This document shows positions 56,749-64,000 of a stretch of DNA of 64,000 nt, piece after piece; positions within the stretch are counted from its first letter, which is position 1, and every line of letters starts with the position of its first letter. The notes under the pieces were generated by a model, which was not told the origin of the DNA, did not search any database, and was given only the letters and a program-made list of their open reading frames with translations. Source of the DNA: Candidatus Heimdallarchaeota archaeon (GTDB lineage Archaea; Asgardarchaeota; Heimdallarchaeia; Hodarchaeales; Hodarchaeaceae); the NCBI GenBank assembly GCA_019057635.1, contig DXJL01000133.1, positions 1-64,000 on the forward strand, read 5' to 3'. The position numbers and the translations under genes were made by a program.

Positions 56749-57471
56749 ATGTATCAAGCTGAAATGCCTCGTGAAAAAATCGCTAGAAATATTGGTAAAG
56801 ATTTCCACAAACATACAGAAGAAGAAAAACAAAATTTAACCCAATTAAGAAAAATATCGGTGTATTATCTCAATTTACTTAAAGAAAATGGCGTAAAGGC
56901 GTTTATTCACGGATCAGTTGCGCGTGGAGATGTTAGTCAATCTTCAGACATTGATATTCACATCCCCTACATTATCCCCTCATTTCGGTTGGATTTGGTT
57001 AATGAATTTATCAATACTGAACGTCGCGTTATCATGGGAACACCAAACTCAACCATCAAAGGCTTATTCAAGATTGACCAAAAAATTTCATTAACTTTTC
57101 CTTTAACACCTCCAACCGAGCGTGAAATAGATTTTTATCGTTTTTCTGGATTATTGTATCTGGAGGAGTTATTGGAGAAGGCTGGATCACCGGGGGTCAC
57201 AAAACGATTACTATTTATTGAGCCAACAAACACAGGATACTGGTATTCGTCACTTTTAAGTCATAAAAAGACGGCAATGAAAAGTTTAAATGTTTCTCAG
57301 AGAATAATTGATGAACGAATTCGTGTATTAACACGTCGGGACAAAATAGGGAGAACAGGGTTACTTCTCGATTACTCGCTCTCCCCGAATACTAATTTTG
57401 AACAAGCCCTTCATCATTTAAGCTCTCAAAATCCTATTGTACGCAATCAGATAAGTAGATCTAATAAATAA
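56749..57471 (+). CDS. Archaeal Pol-beta-like nucleotidyltransferase
   Basis: Motifs HGSVARGDV-x3-SDIDI, DFYRFSG, PGVTKRL and ERIRVLTRRDKIGRTG. Confidence 0.9.
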   Translation: MYQAEMPREKIARNIGKDFHKHTEEEKQNLTQLRKISVYYLNLLKENGVKAFIHGSVARGDVSQSSDIDIHIPYIIPSFRLDLVNEFINTERRVIMGTPNSTIKGLFKIDQKISLTFPLTPPTEREIDFYRFSGLLYLEELLEKAGSPGVTKRLLFIEPTNTGYWYSSLLSHKKTAMKSLNVSQRIIDERIRVLTRRDKIGRTGLLLDYSLSPNTNFEQALHHLSSQNPIVRNQISRSNK

Positions 57472-57540
57472 ATCAAATTTCACATTTGAATAGATGTTTA
57501 TCATTATTTTACACTGAATAAAATTTATCCCTTTGAGAAA

Positions 57541-58383
57541 ATGCTTTCCGATCAATCTGTTGACCGACGTTGGCTTGTTCGCAATTTTAATGAGAAGAAG
57601 GTACTTTTAGTAGCTGATTTACATCTTGGTTTCGATGTTGAATGGTTTGGTAGAGGTCTATGGACATCAAAACCAAGCTGGTCACTTGAAATTATTAAAA
57701 ATCTTCGAGACGATATTCTGAAGATTCACCCCTCTCATTTGGTAGTCTGTGGAGACTTAGAACATCATTTTAGACTTAAAAAAAAGAAAGAAATGGAAGA
57801 TTCACACATAATTCTCCCAGAAGAAGTAAGTGAAACTATCATTACTTCATTTAGAAATGAAATTCTTAGGATACCAAACTTGGAAGTAATACTAGTTCAG
57901 GGTGAAAATGATGTGTCATTTTATCAGGAACTGGAAGACTCCTGCCAAATATTACCTTCTGAAGGGAAATCACTATTTGATAACCAACTGGGCATTTTTC
58001 ATGGCCAAATTCCCCCCTTCAAGAAAATCGTCTTCACGTCAGAAATAATTCTCGGCCATCTCCATCCTGAAATCGTTTTGAAAGATGATTTACAAATTCG
58101 CCACAAATTTCCAGTATATGTTAAATTACAAGTACCAAGGGAAGATTTATTTCTATTATTTCAATTTCCTTTCGAATTAGAGGAAATAGGAATGGTCGAT
58201 ATGGCTCCTATTACAATTCTTCCTGCTTATAATCACTTCTTATCTGGATATGTAATGAATATAGTCGGTGGAGGAAGAAAACGACATAAATCTTATCCAA
58301 TCCTTCGACCATTACTCCACCATCCAAATGCACAAGTTCAAATGACTGATGGTATTGATTTAGGACTATTGGCAGATATCTAG
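57541..58383 (+). CDS. Lhr-associated metallophosphoesterase (calcineurin-like), divergent
   Basis: Motifs VADLHLG, GDLEH, GEND (in place of GNHD), HGQ, GHLHP and LPAYN. Confidence 0.85.
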   Translation: MLSDQSVDRRWLVRNFNEKKVLLVADLHLGFDVEWFGRGLWTSKPSWSLEIIKNLRDDILKIHPSHLVVCGDLEHHFRLKKKKEMEDSHIILPEEVSETIITSFRNEILRIPNLEVILVQGENDVSFYQELEDSCQILPSEGKSLFDNQLGIFHGQIPPFKKIVFTSEIILGHLHPEIVLKDDLQIRHKFPVYVKLQVPREDLFLLFQFPFELEEIGMVDMAPITILPAYNHFLSGYVMNIVGGGRKRHKSYPILRPLLHHPNAQVQMTDGIDLGLLADI

Positions 58384-58396
58384 TACAACCAATTGC

Positions 58397-61216
58397 TTAA
58401 GCCCAATATTCACGAGTTCGGGCGAAATTGGCCTCATGATGGTAAATTGAAGTCAAGAGATCTTCAGTTGTTTTATGGGGTTCCCGTAATATGCGGATAG
58501 CAATTGTAGGGCCTATACCCCGTCCAGCAAGGACAAAAGCTGCCTTTTTTCCAAATGAGAGAACAATATCTGCAGATTTTTTTGCGGTCTTTAGCACTTT
58601 TTTCTCATCTTGCGTAAGCTTAATTGTTTTATTTGTCGATCTTTTTAACAAGGCTTTAATGCCAGTTTTGTGTTGATGCACTACTGCAATATAACGCGAG
58701 TGACAAAGAGGACATTGAATATCTTCAAGGCTTTCAATTCGTTGTAGTTTTTCATACTTACATGTTAAACGCATACAAACTAATCGAACCCATGTGTTTC
58801 GGATTCTTTTCTCAATCTTTTCGAGAATGATAGAAGAGGGTTTTAACTTCAGTACATTGGAGGAAATTGGTTCAGTAGCCGCTAGAGAGAGGGGGGAGTC
58901 AAAGGAAGATACGGGTACTTCTTCAATCGTGAGTTTTTTTTTCTGAATCCTCTCTAAAAATTGAATAACAAGATCTTGATTCATATTTTCGCTAAGAATT
59001 TCATTAACTGCTTCCTGTCCTACGATAGTTTCTTTATATCGTGATACAATGAAACGGGTCATCATGATTGAATTTTCAGCAGATTCTGAAAGAACTCCGA
59101 AACGTTTCGCAACTTGTCTAAGACGCCACGCAAATAAATCTGTACCTTTAATTCGATGTTCTAAAAGAGGTTGTACGTGTTCAGGCTCTAAGGTTTCAAA
59201 TATATTCTTAAGACTTATAGGACGGCCAAGTGATAAGAAGATACTGTAAGGGTCTGTACGATATTGTATTGAATGTCCTTGACGAGCTCCAATGACTGCC
59301 GATAGAAGTAACCCAAGGGTTTCGTTTCCTCTAGACCCTAAAAAACTATGGATAACGATTTGCCTCCCAGTTGTTTCAATTAACAATTTCCCTTTTTTTG
59401 GAATAAGATCTCTTTCTTGTTGATTCCGCAGAAAAGATTTTAATTCATTTTGAATTTCTTTGGTGGTTGTCTGTAAATTTGAATCATCTTCAAACAAATC
59501 CATAACCGTTGAAGATACAAGTTGTGATACAGGAATGAGTTCTCCTTCCCATGTAGGAATAGTTGCCTCAGTTATCCCTCTTACTTGACGAACTTCAACT
59601 TTTTCATCTTTAATGGCTAAGAGCTCCCAAGGTGTTCCATTTAAGATGAAAATTGCTCCTTTATCTCCACGTGTAACAATAAATCCTTCATCTAAATGCC
59701 CAACGCGGGCTTGAGAACCAACATCAATTACACTATACGATCGTTTAGTTGGGATACTGCTTAAATTCGAGTAGTAGAATTTATAGGCCTTTCTCTTAAT
59801 TCTGATAGTAATTTTTTCTGTATCTGGATCTTTGTTTATAGAAAAAAAGTAATTTTCATTGCCAAATTTCAGGAGGGGTACTAAATCTTTTGGAGTGAAA
59901 TGTTGATAAGGTGAGGCTCCTGAGATTATCTTGTGAATGGTTTTAACCGATGTTTCTCCAAAGTCGAGAAGAATACCTATAATGCTCTGAAATAAGATGT
60001 CATAAGCATATGTATGAATCCTAGTTGGTTCCACTCTTCCTTCTAGAACCCTATTATTTATCAAAAATGCCTCTAAGAGCTCTCGGGGAGTTTCTGTTAT
60101 GATTATACCTTTACTCTCCTTATCTAGACCGTGTCCGGCTCGTCCCACTCGTTGAATCAAAGTTTCGATTCGTCTGGGGCTCATATATTGGATGACCAAA
60201 CTGATTGATCCAATGTCTATTCCCAGTTCTAATGACGAAGTGGCAATAATCAAATCTAGAGAACCTTCGCGAACATCTTTTTCTGCACGTAAGCGACTCT
60301 GGGTAGATAAGCTGGAATGATGAACTTCGAATGATACCTGGTTTTCAGTCGGAGTGAATTCATTGTACATCTTGAAACGATAACCAAGAATTTCAGCCTG
60401 TTGGCGAGTATTGGTGAATAATAGAACTGTTCCGTCCTCCTGTTCAATAATTTCTAATAGGCGTTGAAATCGGGATGCGGCGTCTTCCGTAGTGTGGATG
60501 GCTGTAGGCAGATCCTTGTAATTTGCAGATAATTTGGTTGGATAATCAAGTTGTAAATTTAATTCCTTAAGACGAGGGATTTTCACAATACGCGCATTTT
60601 CATTCTTTGGAGAAAGAAAATTTAGGACTTCAGAAGGAGAACCTACAGTTGCTGATAATCCGATACGCTGAATTGGGCCCTTAACTCGATGGGATAATCG
60701 CTCCAAAGCTAATGAAAGTTGGATCCCTCTCTTAGATTCAACAAGCTCATGTATTTCATCTATTATTACCGTTTGTACATTTGTTAAATGAACACGACCG
60801 AAAATTTTTGCCGGGAGAAGGGCTTGAAGTAATTCAGGGGTTGTAATTAATATTTGAGGTGGATTCTTAGTCTGCTTTTGTCTTTCATATGGAGTTGTAT
60901 CCCCATGTCTTACAGCAATCGTGATACCGAGTTTAGAAGCTAATTGAGGAAGAACTCGTCTAAAAATATCTCGATTTAGAGACTTTAAAGGGGTAACTAC
61001 CAACACTCTTATGGGCGTAGGATCAGTATGAGTGAGCATCTGGTGTAAACATGCAATAATTGTTCCAAAAGTCTTACCTGAACCAGTGGAAGCCACAACC
61101 AGTACATCTTTATTTGAAATTATAGCCTTAAGATATTCAAGTTGACCAGGAGTTGGAGTTATCTCTAAATCTCGTAAAATGGCCTGAATTCTTTTATCTA
61201 GAAATTCAAATGACAT
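58397..61216 (-). CDS. lhr: Lhr-family SF2 DEAH helicase with C-terminal Cys-rich motif
   Basis: Motifs TGSGKT, TPLKSLNRD, RHGDT, TTPE, DEIH, GLSAT, HHSS, TSSLELGIDIG, QRVGRAGH and PTWEGE. Tail CMRLTC...CPLC...GRGIGP. Confidence 0.95.
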   Translation of the reverse strand: MSFEFLDKRIQAILRDLEITPTPGQLEYLKAIISNKDVLVVASTGSGKTFGTIIACLHQMLTHTDPTPIRVLVVTPLKSLNRDIFRRVLPQLASKLGITIAVRHGDTTPYERQKQTKNPPQILITTPELLQALLPAKIFGRVHLTNVQTVIIDEIHELVESKRGIQLSLALERLSHRVKGPIQRIGLSATVGSPSEVLNFLSPKNENARIVKIPRLKELNLQLDYPTKLSANYKDLPTAIHTTEDAASRFQRLLEIIEQEDGTVLLFTNTRQQAEILGYRFKMYNEFTPTENQVSFEVHHSSLSTQSRLRAEKDVREGSLDLIIATSSLELGIDIGSISLVIQYMSPRRIETLIQRVGRAGHGLDKESKGIIITETPRELLEAFLINNRVLEGRVEPTRIHTYAYDILFQSIIGILLDFGETSVKTIHKIISGASPYQHFTPKDLVPLLKFGNENYFFSINKDPDTEKITIRIKRKAYKFYYSNLSSIPTKRSYSVIDVGSQARVGHLDEGFIVTRGDKGAIFILNGTPWELLAIKDEKVEVRQVRGITEATIPTWEGELIPVSQLVSSTVMDLFEDDSNLQTTTKEIQNELKSFLRNQQERDLIPKKGKLLIETTGRQIVIHSFLGSRGNETLGLLLSAVIGARQGHSIQYRTDPYSIFLSLGRPISLKNIFETLEPEHVQPLLEHRIKGTDLFAWRLRQVAKRFGVLSESAENSIMMTRFIVSRYKETIVGQEAVNEILSENMNQDLVIQFLERIQKKKLTIEEVPVSSFDSPLSLAATEPISSNVLKLKPSSIILEKIEKRIRNTWVRLVCMRLTCKYEKLQRIESLEDIQCPLCHSRYIAVVHQHKTGIKALLKRSTNKTIKLTQDEKKVLKTAKKSADIVLSFGKKAAFVLAGRGIGPTIAIRILREPHKTTEDLLTSIYHHEANFARTREYWA

Positions 61217-61566
61217 TGAGATATATTCTCCTTACATACTAGAACTTACTGTTTTTTAACGACAGATGGGTCATTTATCTCTAAGAATGAAGAGGATGAT
61301 ACGGGGTTTTCAATCGTTTCTTTACGGGTAATTTACTAGAAACAAATCTATACAAATTAAAAATAAAAATATTGAATTTTCGATTACTTAGGATCAAATT
61401 AACCATAAATTAATAACATTAAATATTTCAATTTTCTCTGAGAATTATGAGTTCTTGAATAGGTTATATTAGCATTTTTTTAGGAAAAGAACAATCTTCA
61501 AGCAATAACTCATGAAATTGACAAGTTAAACAATCTCAATTTAAGATTATTATTGGTGATTTATTT

Positions 61567-62493
61567 TTGGAAAATCTAGATATTAGTGATCAAGTTAGTA
61601 ATATTGTCGAAAAAATTAAAAATTTCATTGAAACTTCAAAAGAGGAGCGTGGAGTAAGCGGTGTCGTAATATTATTCTCAGGATTCATTGATTCGACAAT
61701 TATTGCTAAACTCGCAATGGACACACTTGGAAAGGAAAAAGTTAGACTTTTCAATAGATCTGAAAGTAAATTCGATAAACACACTGAAATGTTCAAGAAT
61801 TCTATTGATTATCTAGGAATTTCTGAGTCTCAAATTGTTCATTGTGATATCGCTCCTATTGTAAAGCAGTTTAATTCTGATGAACTAATTCCAGGACGAT
61901 CTCGAGAGGTTCCTTTGCTCTATCAACCTTTAAGCTATTCTTTACTTAAATCAACATTGATCAGAGAAATTGAAGGTAATACATATGGTATGGTCGGAAA
62001 AGCAGAATCAGAACGTGAGCGATTACTCCATAAGATCATTGCACATAATAAACTACGTTCTCGAATTCAAATGGCGGTAGCTTATCTAACTGCAGAAACA
62101 GAAAACGCGTTTCTTCTAGGAACGATCAATAAAACTGAATTATTGACTGGTCTCTTTACAAAATGGGGACATGGACACTGTGCTGATATCATGCCTCTTG
62201 GTAATCTGTACCGCACCCAAATATTACATCTTGCAGACTATTTAGATATCCCCACCGATATAGCAAATAAGGCGAAAGCTGACTTGTTACCTGGTATAAA
62301 AAATAAATATCAATATTTTTTCGAGCTTACCGCATTAGATGTTGATAGGATTCTAGTTCGATTGGAACATGGAATTTCAACAGAGGAGACGAGCAAACAA
62401 ACCGACATTGATCTCGATTTGATAGAAAAAGTTAATCATTACTTCGCTTCTTCAGTATATACACGTAGTGCTCCTCTTATCCCTAAAATTTAG
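61567..62493 (+). CDS. NadE-like paralogue with degenerate motifs
   Basis: SGFIDS (vs SGGIDS), RSRIQM, GTINKTE, GLFTKWGHGHCAD, PLGNLYRTQ and ADLLPG. Confidence 0.8.
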   Translation: MENLDISDQVSNIVEKIKNFIETSKEERGVSGVVILFSGFIDSTIIAKLAMDTLGKEKVRLFNRSESKFDKHTEMFKNSIDYLGISESQIVHCDIAPIVKQFNSDELIPGRSREVPLLYQPLSYSLLKSTLIREIEGNTYGMVGKAESERERLLHKIIAHNKLRSRIQMAVAYLTAETENAFLLGTINKTELLTGLFTKWGHGHCADIMPLGNLYRTQILHLADYLDIPTDIANKAKADLLPGIKNKYQYFFELTALDVDRILVRLEHGISTEETSKQTDIDLDLIEKVNHYFASSVYTRSAPLIPKI

Positions 62494-62521
62494 GTAAATT
62501 CTTTTATTCAGTATTTGAAGA

Positions 62522-63941
62522 TTAAATTACCTTAAGAACGAATCCAAGGAACGTAAGGTACAGTCCACTAAATAATAAAAGAAGAAGGGATATCGGAACT
62601 AATTTCTTCATGAAATAAATGAAGTTAAGAGGACGTCCTTCCTTACTGAGAATTGATATGGCTAAAATTGACGCTGCGCTCCCGAATGGAGTCAATCCTC
62701 CACCAAATGCTCCTCCAAAAAGCAGCATAAACCAAAAATAATGTGGATTGGATCCAGTTGCCGGAAAACTTTCAACAATTGGAATTAATCCAGCTGTAAC
62801 AGGGATATTGTCAAGAATACCACTAACAAATGAGGATATCACGAGAATCAATCCCCAGCTATTATAATGTCTCCTCCACTGATAGCTGTTAATGAGTGAG
62901 CAATATCATCTAAAATTCCAGTCGCCTCCAGTGTCCCAACTAAGATAAATAATCCTGCAAAAAAGAGCAATGTATCCCAGTTCAATTCGCGTAAAAGGCG
63001 ATGTTCATCACTTTGCGTTAATACAATAGCTAGAATACCTCCTATAATGGCAACCACTCCAATTGGGATACCAAATACAGAATCAGCAAGAATAAACCCG
63101 ATAATTGTCAAAATCAATGATAATGCTGCCAAGTAAAATTTTTATATGTTCTCAACTACTCCCCATTCATCCAAGGACAAAATCATTTGGGTATCGAGAC
63201 TATCTTGGGAGCTTCTCCCTAATGGAATATTTTCTGGGGGGAATACTCTTTTAAGATATAAAATTGTCAGGGGAATGCTGATCACAAGGAAAGGGACAGA
63301 AACGATTAAAAATTCAACAAATTCAATACCACCCCGAGATCCAACTAATATTGAAGGAAGTGAACTAATTAACGTTGCCATACTAGCAAGACTTGTCGCT
63401 AGCACAGCTCCTAAGAGGAATGGAGTTGGATCGTAATCCAAACCATTAGAAACTGTAAGAATCATTGAACTTATTAAAATCATTGCTGTTACATTAGCAA
63501 GAACGGTGGAAAGAGCGAAAGTAAGAAGAGATGTCATGATGAAGAGAGGAAATACACGCCCCTTAGAAATCTTTAACATACGGATAATTAACCAGTCGAA
63601 TAAGCCTGTTTCTGAAGTAGCTTCTACCAGAACTGACATTCCGAATACTACAGCAAGGACTTCCCATTCCATATAACCATGGAAGGGATCACCAGATGGC
63701 AGAACTACCAAAGACCATTTAAAAGTCTCAAATAATATGGAAGCTAGCAACAAAGAAATTCCGCAGGAAACAAATATAGTAGTAATTTGCCTTTCATGAT
63801 ATAAAGCAACTAGTAAAAAAGTCCCAACGAATATTACTCCAAATAAGAGAATATTCGCAATACGAGGTGAATAGATGGATATCTGTTGGAAGATTAAAAA
63901 GACACAAGTAATATTATTATTCCTATGGCAATTTCAGACAT
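62522..63941 (-). pseudogene. ArsB/NhaD (ion-transporter superfamily) permease, disrupted or mis-assembled
   Basis: The pieces join into one permease (FGM...GLFDWL, LANVT, WDTLLFFAGLFILV, SGILDNIPVT, GGGLTPFGSAAS). ATG at 63941, -1 shift in the T5 run near 63898, in-frame TAA at 63142-63144, frameshift near 62852. Confidence 0.8.
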
Positions 63942-64000
63942 CCGAGAAGCTCTTATTTTAGTAAGATTAAACCATTTTGCATAAAATGACTGAAAAGACA

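Noticed and set aside
61217-61566. Replication origin in the AT-rich intergenic stretch
   Set aside because: There is no adjacent orc1/cdc6 and no recognisable ORB repeats. It is explained as a divergent promoter region between lhr and the nadE paralogue.
206-63436. Dozens of 60-125 aa ORFs overlapping larger genes
   Set aside because: They lie antisense or out of frame within well-supported CDS and carry no motifs.
1-64000. CRISPR arrays, tRNA/rRNA genes, IS elements, proviruses
   Set aside because: I saw no regularly spaced direct repeats, GC-rich cloverleaf or rRNA-like tracts, transposase, integrase or capsid motifs. A tRNAscan/Infernal run would be needed to exclude small RNAs.

Overview
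Gene-dense, AT-rich archaeal chromosomal segment with about 56 plausible CDS. I found no rRNA, tRNA, CRISPR array, integrase or transposase. The gene content points to an Asgard archaeon, probably Heimdallarchaeia/Hodarchaeales-like (inference). Archaeal-type genes (Nep1, GvpD/KaiC-like ATPase, AOR-family enzyme, AcdA, Lhr with a Cys-rich tail, archaeal nucleotidyltransferase) occur alongside candidate eukaryotic-signature proteins: a gelsolin-domain protein, a longin+roadblock-like protein, a uDENN/longin-like+TPR protein and a stand-alone roadblock protein. Metabolic blocks are larC-larB (nickel-pincer cofactor), a split methylcrotonyl-CoA carboxylase with liuC, and a glnA / glutaminase / nadE / class-II GAT run. 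alaS and ileS are adjacent. The most unusual items are: (1) a 1404-aa TrmB-like protein whose short linker has become a ~1150-aa hendecad helical rod; (2) a gelsolin domain fused to a histone-H1-like Lys/Thr-rich tract and a Zn ribbon; (3) the longin/roadblock/uDENN-like proteins; (4) a probable two-subunit glutamine-dependent NAD synthetase plus a degenerate second NadE paralogue in the same region as larBC without larE. An ArsB/NhaD-type transporter at the right edge has three reading-frame lesions. All calls come from by-eye motif recognition; no searches were run.
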